Below, one piece after another: positions 1-9,507 of a stretch of DNA of 64,000 nt (the first letter of the stretch is position 1; each line of letters begins with the position of its first letter). Source of the stretch: a virus (taxonomy: Duplodnaviria; Caudoviricetes); the IMG/VR virus record IMGVR_UViG_3300001336_000005, positions 7,034-71,033 of that record. One strand, written 5' to 3'. Both the position numbers and the translations under genes were made by a program. The notes below the pieces were generated by a model. That model saw nothing but the letters and a program-made list of their open reading frames with translations, made no database searches and was not told the origin of the DNA.

Positions 1-2
1 GT

Positions 3-788
3 TGTACTAGTTGTTGTTAAAGTTCCAGCACTAGCATTAAAAGTAGCCACAAATCTAGTTAATTCAAATTCATCTACTGTTGGCGCTACATTAATTTTTA
101 AATCAAATTCATTATTTGCATTTAAAACCCAATAAAAAGTACCATCAGTATAAGTTCCTGTATTTGTAACGAAAGTTTCTAGTTTAATATTTGCTATATT
201 AAAAGCCCCTAAATTATCCGATAATATCGCATTTAATAATTTTACTCCAGATTTATATCCATAAGCAGCATTCGTATCATCATTCCACTCAGATAAAGTA
301 TTACTATTTTTTGTATAATATGTATAAGAAGGGTTATTAATAACTCCTGTTTTTATTCTTGCTTTGAAAATATCTAATTCTGGAATATATTTTATTTCTA
401 CACTTTCTGCACCAAATGTAGTGTTTAAGTCTAAAGCTTTCTCTAACTGTCTTTGAGCCACTGCAACATTAGGATAATTTATGATTATTTTTCCATTAAC
501 ATCAGAACTATTTTTTAAAACTATTCCTGGTGTTAATCTAATATAACAAATATTATTTAAAATAAAAATATCGTCTGCTAATGTCATTTCAAAATTGGAA
601 TAAGAAGAATTTTGAAGAATAACATCATCACTATACAAATTTTTAGTAAAATTTTCAAAAATTTGTAACATCTCTTGATCATTATAAAATAAATTTTCAA
701 GAGGTCTGTTAAAATCTTCTATTGTTTTTTTATCTAGAGTATTATGTAATTCTACATTACCTATGGTTACATTTTCAGCACGAACCAT
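3..788 (-). CDS. Partial ORF running off the left edge; probable virion structural (tail/fibre-associated) protein
   Basis: ATG at 788 with GGAG upstream. I translated it by hand as open to the window edge (MVRAENVTIGNVELHNTLDKK...ATFNASAGTLTTTSTT). Thr/Asn-rich, with the GTAAAGATAA motif at 846-855. Confidence 0.65.
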   Translation of the reverse strand, partial: MVRAENVTIGNVELHNTLDKKTIEDFNRPLENLFYNDQEMLQIFENFTKNLYSDDVILQNSSYSNFEMTLADDIFILNNICYIRLTPGIVLKNSSDVNGKIIINYPNVAVAQRQLEKALDLNTTFGAESVEIKYIPELDIFKARIKTGVINNPSYTYYTKNSNTLSEWNDDTNAAYGYKSGVKLLNAILSDNLGAFNIANIKLETFVTNTGTYTDGTFYWVLNANNEFDLKINVAPTVDEFELTRFVATFNASAGTLTTTST

Positions 789-902
789 ATCTCCATATGA
801 AATTTTGTCAATCATTATAAATTATTCTCCAAAATGAATTTTATTTTATCTTTACTTAAATTTCAATTTAATAACAACATATATATACTCAAGGAGGAAT
901 AA

Positions 903-1436
903 ATGAAAAAATTTATTGTTAAAACTTTATTAAAATTTTATCTTAAATTTATAAGACCAAAATTATCTCAAATTGTTTATAGTATAGTAGATCAGGATTT
1001 TTTAGTAGAAAATAAAAAGTGGAAAGAAGAGTATAGACTTCTTGGAATGTCTGAATTTGAAAAATTAGTTAATTCATATGATTATAAGTATGATCCTTTT
1101 CAAGGGGCTATAGATTTTAGTTTTGATGAAAATGATCCTGGATACTTCTTTTCAGACAAAGCAATAAGCAGAGATTGTGATGATTTTGCAAGAATTTGGA
1201 GTTTATGGGGAGTCGTTAATGGCTTTAAAACTACAGAGGTTGTTGTATTAAATTATTTAAATCCTTTTAAGACAGCTCATGTAGTCACAGTTCTTGAAAA
1301 GGATAGTAATTTTTATCTTGCTAATTATAATATTTCTGGTCCTTTTAAAACTTTTGAAAATGCAGTTAAAGGTGTTACGGCTTGGAAATCTTATGATTTA
1401 GAAACTTTAATTTGGGCTAAATATATAAGTAGATAA
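903..1436 (+). CDS. Transglutaminase/papain-like cysteine protease-fold protein
   Basis: RDCDDFA (Cys), AHVVTV (His) and LANY (Asn) in the order of a Cys-His-Asn/Asp triad. Strong SD (AGGAGG). Confidence 0.55.
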   Translation: MKKFIVKTLLKFYLKFIRPKLSQIVYSIVDQDFLVENKKWKEEYRLLGMSEFEKLVNSYDYKYDPFQGAIDFSFDENDPGYFFSDKAISRDCDDFARIWSLWGVVNGFKTTEVVVLNYLNPFKTAHVVTVLEKDSNFYLANYNISGPFKTFENAVKGVTAWKSYDLETLIWAKYISR

Positions 1437-1446
1437 ATAAAGAGGC

Positions 1447-1863
1447 TTAAAAAGCCTCTTTATCTTTATCAACTAACTCTTTGAAAGTAGTATTTCTCCA
1501 AAGAATTCCTTTCTTTTGTTTTAATCCGTCAATATGTTCTTTATTATATCTTCTTAAAAATTTTGTAGCTTCTGGATAAAAAAAACTCAATCTTTTCCAT
1601 TTTTCTTTTTTGTCAGCATCTAATAATCTAGCAAAGGAATCTATTTCATCTATTGCTTTTTTAGCATACTTTTTATTTTTAAAATAATTTATATTAAATC
1701 CCAGAATATCTTTTCTTTGACCATATGTCTTTTGTCCTTCTTGACCTGGGTATTCCAAATCAAGAGCTTTAACATGTGGTTTTGGATCTTCTTTATAATT
1801 AGCATACTTAAACCTAATAAATTGAACGCTTTCTGCTAGGCTTTTAGCTGTTTCAAACTTCAT
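1447..1863 (-). CDS. T4 gp2-like DNA end-protector family protein (paralog 1)
   Basis: F-x-Y...DPKP...LGFNINY...RRY pattern resembles gp2 (Y-DPK...G-NLHYL...KRY). Confidence 0.5.
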   Translation of the reverse strand: MKFETAKSLAESVQFIRFKYANYKEDPKPHVKALDLEYPGQEGQKTYGQRKDILGFNINYFKNKKYAKKAIDEIDSFARLLDADKKEKWKRLSFFYPEATKFLRRYNKEHIDGLKQKKGILWRNTTFKELVDKDKEAF

Positions 1864-2005
1864 TATTTTTCTTCTTTTTGCACTTCTTTTTCTTTTTCTT
1901 TTTTTCTTTAAAATGTTTAAGTTTAGCTACTGCTATAGCTGGATTTTTAATTGGCTTTCCGTAAAATTGCTTAACTAAATCACCAGCATTTTTAGAATCA
2001 GTCAT
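1853..2005 (-). CDS. Small lysine-rich protein (50 aa), missed by the ORF track
   Basis: Hand translation MTDSKNAGDLVKQFYGKPIKNPAIAVAKLKHFKEKKKKKKKCKKKKNNEV. AAGGA SD, with the late motif at 2033-2042. Confidence 0.5.
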   Translation of the reverse strand: MTDSKNAGDLVKQFYGKPIKNPAIAVAKLKHFKEKKKKKKKCKKKKNNEV

Positions 2006-2031
2006 TATTGAATTCCTTTAATATAGTTGTT

Positions 2032-2058
2032 TTTATCTTTACGATTCGTAAAGATAAA
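2032..2058. promoter_or_regulatory. Perfect 27-bp palindrome made of two back-to-back putative late promoters
   Basis: TTTATCTTTACGA-T-TCGTAAAGATAAA between divergent genes. Confidence 0.75.
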
Positions 2059-2091
2059 TCTATAAATAGAAATATTAAAAGGAATATATTC

Positions 2092-2517
2092 ATGGTATCA
2101 AAAGCGAAAGAGTTCTATAAAAATATAGAAGCTTATCATTCAAGAGTTAGAGATATAATAGTCCTAATAGTAAATTTTTATAAAAATTATAATGTTGATA
2201 TAGATGGAAATAGAGCTATGCGTTTTAAAGAAGGGAAAATAGTGGAAACTAATTTTGAAAACTTAAACGAAATAGCAAAAGAAAAAATTGAAAAATGGTC
2301 TATATCTAACAATAAAATAGAATTAACTAATTCTATTTATAAGTTAGATATAGATAATAAAATTTTTTTATTTAAAATTTTTAGATTTTCCGAAAAAGAT
2401 GAAGAAATATTTGCTGGTTATATTTTAAATGAAAGTTACGAATTAAGATCTCATATTTTTAATTTTAGAGCAAATGAAATACAAAATAGAGTAGATAAAG
2501 TTTTAGCTGTTTTGTAA
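2092..2517 (+). CDS. Hypothetical protein (start more likely ATG 2092 than 2008)
   Basis: AAGGA SD before ATG 2092. The 2008 start would run through the promoter palindrome. Confidence 0.6.
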   Translation: MVSKAKEFYKNIEAYHSRVRDIIVLIVNFYKNYNVDIDGNRAMRFKEGKIVETNFENLNEIAKEKIEKWSISNNKIELTNSIYKLDIDNKIFLFKIFRFSEKDEEIFAGYILNESYELRSHIFNFRANEIQNRVDKVLAVL

Positions 2518-2541
2518 AAAATTTAAGCAACAGGATTTAAA

Positions 2542-3135
2542 ATGATCAAAACAGAAGAACAAAATCTTATAGATGCACTAGCAAAAGAAAAAGCAGAAGA
2601 AATTTTACTCAAAAAAGAAATTTCTGATATAAATAACTCTTTAAGAGATATAATTTCAATCTTGCCTACTACACTTGTTGAATTAAAAAAAACCATAGAT
2701 ATAATTTATAACAATTGTAGAGACAATTCAAACGAAAGAAAAGAAGAATCTAAAAAACTTTTAATTAGATTAGAAGAAATAACAAATAAATTTCAAGAAC
2801 TTGACAAAAAAATAAATAAAATAAGTTCTTATACAGAAATTTCAGAAGTTATAGTAAATAGTTTAGAAAAAATTATTATTGATAAAAACAATAAAGATTC
2901 TTTATTAGTAGTTATCAATAATTTATTTGAAGATTTAACAAAAATAATAAATGACGAAAAATGTCAAGACTCTATTGTGGTAAACTTTAATAAATTTAAA
3001 ACTGATTTAAATTTAAGATTAGAAGAAATAAGCAAAAAATTAGATTTTAAAGCTAATCTTAAAAAAAATATAGCTTGGTTAGTAGCTACAATTGCTACTA
3101 TAGTAACTGTATTATCTAAAATAGGGATTATTTAA
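2542..3135 (+). CDS. Coiled-coil protein with a C-terminal transmembrane helix
   Basis: Heptad-rich body, then the hydrophobic segment IAWLVATIATIVTVLSKIGII. Confidence 0.6.
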   Translation: MIKTEEQNLIDALAKEKAEEILLKKEISDINNSLRDIISILPTTLVELKKTIDIIYNNCRDNSNERKEESKKLLIRLEEITNKFQELDKKINKISSYTEISEVIVNSLEKIIIDKNNKDSLLVVINNLFEDLTKIINDEKCQDSIVVNFNKFKTDLNLRLEEISKKLDFKANLKKNIAWLVATIATIVTVLSKIGII

Positions 3136-3620
3136 ATAATCCCTGTACTTCCAAATCCTCCAGAACCTCTTTTAGTTTCATCTAATTCCTTTACTACTCT
3201 AAACTTCATTTGATATACTGGACAAAGAACCATTTGAGCAATTCTCTCTCCTTTTTTAACAAAAAAATCCCCACCAGAATTGTGAATAATTACTCCAATT
3301 TCTCCTCTGTAATCTGCATCTATTGTTCCTGGGGCATTTGCTATCATTAGTCCATGCTTTGCAGCTAAACCAGAACGACCTCTTATTTGAATTTCAAAAC
3401 CTTCTGGAATTGCCACCTTTATTCCAGTTGGAATAACTTTTGTTTGTCCTGAATTAATTTTTAAATCTACTTTGGCTCTAATATCTACACCAGATGAATT
3501 TTCAGTTGCGTAAGTTGGTAATTCAATATTTTCCTCTAATGTAATATTTATTGGGACTTTATTAGTAATATTTATTTTTCTTGTAACTGCATCTTTTTGT
3601 ACTATGTATTCTTCCCTCAT
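3132..3620 (-). CDS. dut: Trimeric dUTPase
   Basis: Motifs SSGVDI, GRSGLA, GTIDADYRGEI, GERIAQ, RGSGGFGSTG. Confidence 0.97.
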   Translation of the reverse strand: MREEYIVQKDAVTRKINITNKVPINITLEENIELPTYATENSSGVDIRAKVDLKINSGQTKVIPTGIKVAIPEGFEIQIRGRSGLAAKHGLMIANAPGTIDADYRGEIGVIIHNSGGDFFVKKGERIAQMVLCPVYQMKFRVVKELDETKRGSGGFGSTGII

Positions 3621-4963
3621 ACTTTCTCCTTAAAATCCATATAATCATAATTTATTTTTAAATCTATTTCTTTATTGTTTATTCCGTTTCTCCATTTATC
3701 TATATAAATCTTCATCTCTCCGTTTGTTTTTTGGACTGCCGTCTGGTTCAGAGTAGCAAAAAAATCTACTGTATCATAAATTCCTCTTGACTCTGACATG
3801 TCTTTTGATGTTGTTCTCGCTTTGCTGCCCCCATCGTCTCCTTGCCCATGTCTATTTATCTGAGTTGCTGTTAAGACTGGAATTTGAAAATCTTTTGCTA
3901 AATTTCTTGTTTCCTCTGTAACTGTTTTATAGTATTTATAAGAGTTTTCTGTAGACAATCTTCTATCATTTGTTGCCATAATTAACAAATAATCAAATAT
4001 AATTAAATGAGGCTCCCAGCCTGATTTTTGTTTTAATCTGCTCAAATATGCCCTTATGTCATTACAGTTAGTTGTATTCGCTCCATATTCTTTTACTATA
4101 ATATCTCCAGAAAAACTATTTACTTTTTTATTATATTCATTTTTTATTGTTTGTTCTTTAAGTTTATCATCTAATCCTAATAATATATCTTTTGGTGTTA
4201 TTTTTAATAAATTAGATAAATATCTTCCGAATAATCTTGTAGTTGAAGTCTCAAAAGTTACTACTAAAACTTTTTTATCTTTTCTAAAAGCATTTAAAGC
4301 TATAGCTCCCATAACGGCAGTTTTTCCTATTCCTGGAACTGCGCTAAGACAGTATATTTCACCACCTCTCATACCACCATCTAAGACTTCATCTAAAGTT
4401 TTAAATCCTGTTTCAATTTTTTTACTTTTGTCTAAATCTAACATGTCATTTTTAATTTTGTCAAAATTTAAAATTGAAGTTCCTAAATCTTCATCAAAAG
4501 TTATTTCTATAGATTTTTGAATTTTTTTAGTTATAGCGTCAAAATTTTGTTCTTCTAAATCTTTTTGGCTTTCAGTTAAAACTTCATAAAATTTTACTTT
4601 TCTTATAAATTTAATAGTTTCTTCTTCTAAAAAATCATAATCAATATTAGGCTGTTGTATTTTATTTAAATCAATTATTTTGTTTCTAACAGACAGTAAA
4701 AATTCAGAATCCATAGGAGAAAGCTTTCGTCGTACTATATGATATATTGTTTCCCAATCTGGAATTTTTCCATAAGTTTTATAGTGCCAAAATATTACAT
4801 TTAATATTATTTGATTATTTAATTGGCTAAAATAACTTTTATATATGTTTACTCCACCTGGAACATTTAAGTAATCCATTATCTTCAATAAAAATTGTTC
4901 ATTTATTCTAGAATAGTATATTATATTATCTTCTAAAACATTATCATTTATAGTGAGTTCCAA
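3617..4963 (-). CDS. DnaB/T4 gp41-like replicative helicase
   Basis: Walker A AVPGIGKT, IIFDYL, IPVLTATQINR, SESRGI, KWRNG. Confidence 0.92.
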   Translation of the reverse strand: MELTINDNVLEDNIIYYSRINEQFLLKIMDYLNVPGGVNIYKSYFSQLNNQIILNVIFWHYKTYGKIPDWETIYHIVRRKLSPMDSEFLLSVRNKIIDLNKIQQPNIDYDFLEEETIKFIRKVKFYEVLTESQKDLEEQNFDAITKKIQKSIEITFDEDLGTSILNFDKIKNDMLDLDKSKKIETGFKTLDEVLDGGMRGGEIYCLSAVPGIGKTAVMGAIALNAFRKDKKVLVVTFETSTTRLFGRYLSNLLKITPKDILLGLDDKLKEQTIKNEYNKKVNSFSGDIIVKEYGANTTNCNDIRAYLSRLKQKSGWEPHLIIFDYLLIMATNDRRLSTENSYKYYKTVTEETRNLAKDFQIPVLTATQINRHGQGDDGGSKARTTSKDMSESRGIYDTVDFFATLNQTAVQKTNGEMKIYIDKWRNGINNKEIDLKINYDYMDFKEKV

Positions 4964-4980
4964 TAGTTTCCCCCAAAACC

Positions 4981-5009
4981 ATTATATAAAATTTTTTTAT
5001 TTTTGTCAA
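4981..5009 (-). promoter_or_regulatory. Sigma70 promoter for helicase-dut
   Basis: TTGACA-17-TATAAT. Confidence 0.88.
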
Positions 5010-5581
5010 TTTAGACGAGCAGTCCAGAAGTCGCTTGATATATTTATTATACGTGAATTTTTTAAAGTTTTAACAAATTCTTCTTTACCTTCTGGAGAAA
5101 TTTTTGACCAATTAAATTTAGAATTCATTAAATAGCTTAAAATTTCATTTTTATTTAAATATTCTTTAGGTACTTTTTTATTTAATAATAAATCACCTAG
5201 CGTTTCTAATTTATATCTATTAGCTATATCCCATAACTTATTAGATAAATTTATTATTTCTTTAAATTTATTTCCAGAAAAAAATCCTTTATTCTTTTGC
5301 AAAATATGTATAAACTCATGAAGTAGTAGTGTTATTTTTTGAGTATATTCTAAATTGTGAAAAACTCTAGAATTAATAACGATTGTTTTGCCTGCCGTAT
5401 ATGCTGCTTCATTAAACGCTAAGTTTTTTTCTTTAATTTTTATAGCTTTTTTTAACGTGCTATCTATCTTTGCAACATATTCTTTTGTAAACACTTCTTT
5501 AAGTGCTATATTTAATAAATTTTCAATTTTTTCATCAGTTCCTTTTAAAGTTACTTCTTGTAGATATTGTTCTAAATTCAT
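5006..5581 (-). CDS. Zincin-like HEXXH metallopeptidase with an internal-protein-like N-terminus
   Basis: AYT..TIVIN strand then LLHEFIHILQ. Likely start MNLEQYLQE at 5581 (track start 5596). Confidence 0.65.
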   Translation of the reverse strand: MNLEQYLQEVTLKGTDEKIENLLNIALKEVFTKEYVAKIDSTLKKAIKIKEKNLAFNEAAYTAGKTIVINSRVFHNLEYTQKITLLLHEFIHILQKNKGFFSGNKFKEIINLSNKLWDIANRYKLETLGDLLLNKKVPKEYLNKNEILSYLMNSKFNWSKISPEGKEEFVKTLKNSRIINISSDFWTARLN

Positions 5582-5585
5582 TATT

Positions 5586-6065
5586 TTATCCTTCAAAGAA
5601 AAAATTATTTTTTTTATTTAATATATCTTCAAAATAGTAACAATACCATCCATCTGTTTCAAAAATATATCCTTTTAATTTTTTATTTATATAAACTATT
5701 CTTGGTTTTCTATTGTATTTTACAACAAGCATTGGAAGTTTATTGACAAATTCTGCATCTCCTTCTACTTGTTTAAACCATCTTTTTAAATCTGAAGAAG
5801 TATTAAATAAATCCCAAAAAGATGCTTCTGCATAAAATTTACTTTCTATAATAAATTTAAAATTTTTAGGAACTAAAATATCTGAAGCTAAAACTAATTT
5901 AGTTTCATAGTCAAGACCTTCAGATATTTCTCTATTACTACCACCTACATAAGCACCAGAACCAGGACTTCTTCTAAATTCATATTCTGGGAATCTATTT
6001 TTTAATATTTTAACTATTTCAAGTTCAGCTCTATTCCCTTTCTTTTTACTTTGAATTTGCGCCAT
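5586..6065 (-). CDS. Hjc-type Holliday junction resolvase (PD-(D/E)xK)
   Basis: KGNRAELEIV, RRSPGSGA, SDI, IESKFY. Confidence 0.88.
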   Translation of the reverse strand: MAQIQSKKKGNRAELEIVKILKNRFPEYEFRRSPGSGAYVGGSNREISEGLDYETKLVLASDILVPKNFKFIIESKFYAEASFWDLFNTSSDLKRWFKQVEGDAEFVNKLPMLVVKYNRKPRIVYINKKLKGYIFETDGWYCYYFEDILNKKNNFFFEG

Positions 6066-6511
6066 TAAATTTTTATTCCTTTAACATTAATAGTTATACC
6101 TTTTAGGTGGTCTGTTTCATGCTGAAAAATAAAAGAACGCTCAAAACTTAATTTTCTTGTTTTTCTTTTAAAATTTTGATCAAAGTAAACAGCAGATATA
6201 TTTTTCCATCTTTTTACGTAAAAATTTTGTTCAGGATAATTTAAACAGCCTTCTATAACATTAGTTTCCTTTCCATCTTTAAAATAAGAAGGATTAAAAA
6301 CTACTTCAAAATTATTTTGTTTATCCATCCAAATAAACATTTTTTTAAACACACCAATTTGAGGAGCAGCAAGACCCACTCCTCCTTTTTGTTGACATAT
6401 TTCTATCATGCTTGGAACTAATTCCATAAGATTTGCAATTTCTTCTTTAGTTACTTCTGAACATTCAGTATTTTCAATTTTTTCTGCTTCTACTAATTTA
6501 ATATTATTCAT
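6065..6511 (-). CDS. def: Peptide deformylase (short form)
   Basis: GVGLAAPQIG, EGCLN, QHETDHLKG. Confidence 0.96.
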   Translation of the reverse strand: MNNIKLVEAEKIENTECSEVTKEEIANLMELVPSMIEICQQKGGVGLAAPQIGVFKKMFIWMDKQNNFEVVFNPSYFKDGKETNVIEGCLNYPEQNFYVKRWKNISAVYFDQNFKRKTRKLSFERSFIFQHETDHLKGITINVKGIKI

Positions 6512-6547
6512 TGCTTTCCCTTATAGGTTTTGTTTTATCTTTACTAT

Positions 6548-8452
6548 CTAACTTATTAAATTAATAAACTCTTGCTCAGATAACACTTTAGTACCTAGTT
6601 CTTTTGCTTTTTCTGTTTTTGAACTTCCAGAATTAATATCATTTGTTATTAAATAATCTGTTGTTCCACTAACATTTGGTTGCATTTTGCCACCGTTTTC
6701 TTCTATTGCTTTTTTAATAGTAGTTCTAGTATAATTCTCAAAAGAACCCGTTGCTACTATTTTTAATCCTTCTAATAATCTATTTGTAGATTCTGTTATT
6801 TCGGTTTTTTCTTTAATAAAAATTTTATTAGTATTTAATACATCATCCATTTCATCTTTTAATTCTTTTAGTCCATTAATTAAAGAATTTGCTCTATCTA
6901 TTCCTATTCCTTCTATTTTAACAAGTTTTTCTTCTTTTGCTTCTCTAAGTTTTTCAAGAGAGTCAAATCCAGCATCTACCATTAGTTTGACTACTTTTTC
7001 TCCAACATTATCAATATCAAAAGCTCCAACAAATTTTTCTAGTTCTACTTCTTTAATTGCGTAAAGATTACTAAAAGATTTTTTTATTGCTGCTTTTAAA
7101 TTAGTATTTTTAAGAATGTTATCTAATAAATCATCCGCATATAAATCTGCTATATTTTGAACTTTTGCTTCTTTTAAAAGACTTATAGTGGCAGGACCAA
7201 AACCTTTAATGTTAAGTTTGTCTATCCATTTTTCTATTCTATGAGATTTTCTTCCACCACAAGAAACATTAGTACAAACTACTTCTGTATCTGAAATTTC
7301 TAAAGCTTCGCCACAAACCTCACAAATCTTTGGTGGCTCTGGAACTATACTATCATCGCCAACTCCTATCACTTTTTCTACTTTAGGAATAATCATTCCT
7401 CTTTTTGAAACAGAAACTTTTGCTGGAATTTTTAATTCTAGTCTTTTAATTTCTCCTATATTAGCCAAACTAGCTCTTGATACATCCGTTCCCTCTATTT
7501 CAATAGTTTCAAGAATTGCTACTGGAGTATAATTATGTCCAGATCTACTCCATTCAACGTTTGTTATGTTAGTAATATGTATTCCATCTTCCCATTTATA
7601 TGCTCTTTGAAATTCAGGTCTTGCTCTTTTCATATCCTCTAAATTAATTTTATTTTGTTTTAAAACTAAACCATCTATCGCAAAAGATAATTTATCTTTT
7701 ACTAATTTTGTTTTATTTTTTTCATTTTCTATTTCTTCTACTGAATTTACAATTTTATTAGCAACACAACAAAACATATTTGAAGAAAGCCAATGAATTT
7801 TATCACTTTCGTTTTTAAAAAAGTTTTCTTTATTTAAATATACAACATCATAAGATACAACCATTAAATCTTCAACTCCAGTTCCATCTTTCTTTTTTGC
7901 TAAACCAGAAGCCATATTTCTTGCGTTTTTAAATCCAGAAGATTTATATTTAGCATCAAATACTTTTTTACTTAACATTATTTCACCACGAATAGAGCCA
8001 GAAAAATTTTTTTCTTTTAATTTTTTAGGAACTCCTTTCATTTTAGACACATTAGAAGTAATAACATCTCCTATATCTCCATCTCCTCTAGTAATTCCTG
8101 CTTCAAGAGTTCCATTTTTATATTGTAGTTCAACAGATAAGCCATCCATTTTATGCTGTAAACAAATAGGAAATTCTATTTGTTTATTTTTTACCCATTT
8201 TTCTAACTCTTCTTTTGAATTAAATTTATCCTGACTTCCCATTTTCATAAGATGCTGTGCTTTTGGAAATCCTTCTTTTGTGTCTGAACCAACTTGATTC
8301 AATAACACACTTTCTGGAAACTTTTCTTTTAATTCATCCCATACTTTATCAAATTTTTCATCTGATATAGATGGTTTACCCAAAACATAATATTCATATT
8401 GATACCCTTTTATTTTATTTTCTAAAATAATTTTTTCAAAGTTTGATTCCAT
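6548..8452 (-). CDS. ligA: NAD-dependent DNA ligase
   Basis: N-terminal YY..GKPSISD..FD, KMDGLS, TRGDG.IG, RGEI, RNMASG, DGLVLK, AYK; Cys4 zinc finger and C-terminal BRCT. Confidence 0.96.
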   Translation of the reverse strand: MESNFEKIILENKIKGYQYEYYVLGKPSISDEKFDKVWDELKEKFPESVLLNQVGSDTKEGFPKAQHLMKMGSQDKFNSKEELEKWVKNKQIEFPICLQHKMDGLSVELQYKNGTLEAGITRGDGDIGDVITSNVSKMKGVPKKLKEKNFSGSIRGEIMLSKKVFDAKYKSSGFKNARNMASGLAKKKDGTGVEDLMVVSYDVVYLNKENFFKNESDKIHWLSSNMFCCVANKIVNSVEEIENEKNKTKLVKDKLSFAIDGLVLKQNKINLEDMKRARPEFQRAYKWEDGIHITNITNVEWSRSGHNYTPVAILETIEIEGTDVSRASLANIGEIKRLELKIPAKVSVSKRGMIIPKVEKVIGVGDDSIVPEPPKICEVCGEALEISDTEVVCTNVSCGGRKSHRIEKWIDKLNIKGFGPATISLLKEAKVQNIADLYADDLLDNILKNTNLKAAIKKSFSNLYAIKEVELEKFVGAFDIDNVGEKVVKLMVDAGFDSLEKLREAKEEKLVKIEGIGIDRANSLINGLKELKDEMDDVLNTNKIFIKEKTEITESTNRLLEGLKIVATGSFENYTRTTIKKAIEENGGKMQPNVSGTTDYLITNDINSGSSKTEKAKELGTKVLSEQEFINLIS

Positions 8453-9507
8453 ATTATATTACTCTCCGTTATTTTTTTTATTTTCTTTTTTTTATTTGAA
8501 ACAATATTTTCAGATATAAGTTTCATTTTCTGTATTTCTACTATTATTTTTCCACTATTAAAAGGCTCATACTCATCTGTATTTATTTTTGATTTATTAG
8601 TATCAACTTTCATTTCATTAAAATCTTTATATTTTTCTGGTATTTTATAAATATAAAAATTACAATTTACTGAGTTTGGTTTATATCTTTGAAACATAGT
8701 AAAAGTTTTTATAAGATTTTCAAGTATAGTTATTCTTGTTGTTATTTTTTTATCATTATCTGTTACAAAAATTATTTTACTTGGAGATTTCTCATATATT
8801 TTTTTTACTTGTTTTTCTTTTATAACACTTGAAAGCATTGCAGTACCTACTTGTTCTTCAAGAGATAATGCATCAAAAACACCTTCAAAAATAAATAATT
8901 CATCTTTTATTTTATCATAATTGTATAAAAAATCTCCTGCTTTCGCATTTGATGGATTTCTATATCTGAAAGGATTGTCATCAAAAGATCTAGCAATATA
9001 ATAAACTAATTTTTCATTTTCATAAAATGGAATAATTATTCTATTAGCAAATTTACCACTTAAAACATATCCAAGAGAATCTGTTTTTATTTTTCTATCT
9101 TGTAAATATTTTAATGCTTCTTTTTCTAACTCCTCTTCTTCACCAAAAGCAAATACTTTACCATCCGGAAGTTCTAAATCTTTTCTCTCTAAATCTTCTT
9201 CTGTTATCATTTCTCTTTTTGGAACTTCTTCGCCTAATCTTAAAAATGTTTTTTTTCTGTATTCTAAAAAAGCTTTTTCTTTTGAGGTTTCCAAATATTC
9301 AGCTAAAAAAGTAATAAAATTCTTTCCACCAACTTGTCTTTTTTGATCATACCAAGCGCTATTATTGAGATTTACATATAATCTTTTTTTATTATCATTG
9401 TCAAATGGAGTATTAAAGTGAATTTCGTTTTCATCGCTTGCTGAAAATTCAGCTTCTGGAAATTCTTCTATTATATATTTTTCTAATTCACTTTTATTAA
9501 ATTTCAT
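8422..9507 (-). CDS. DNA primase (Toprim, gp61/DnaG-like)
   Basis: RIIIPFY..YYIAR, FIFEGVFDALS, FVTDND, KDFNE. Confidence 0.9.
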   Translation of the reverse strand: MKFNKSELEKYIIEEFPEAEFSASDENEIHFNTPFDNDNKKRLYVNLNNSAWYDQKRQVGGKNFITFLAEYLETSKEKAFLEYRKKTFLRLGEEVPKREMITEEDLERKDLELPDGKVFAFGEEEELEKEALKYLQDRKIKTDSLGYVLSGKFANRIIIPFYENEKLVYYIARSFDDNPFRYRNPSNAKAGDFLYNYDKIKDELFIFEGVFDALSLEEQVGTAMLSSVIKEKQVKKIYEKSPSKIIFVTDNDKKITTRITILENLIKTFTMFQRYKPNSVNCNFYIYKIPEKYKDFNEMKVDTNKSKINTDEYEPFNSGKIIVEIQKMKLISENIVSNKKKKIKKITESNIIWNQTLKKLF

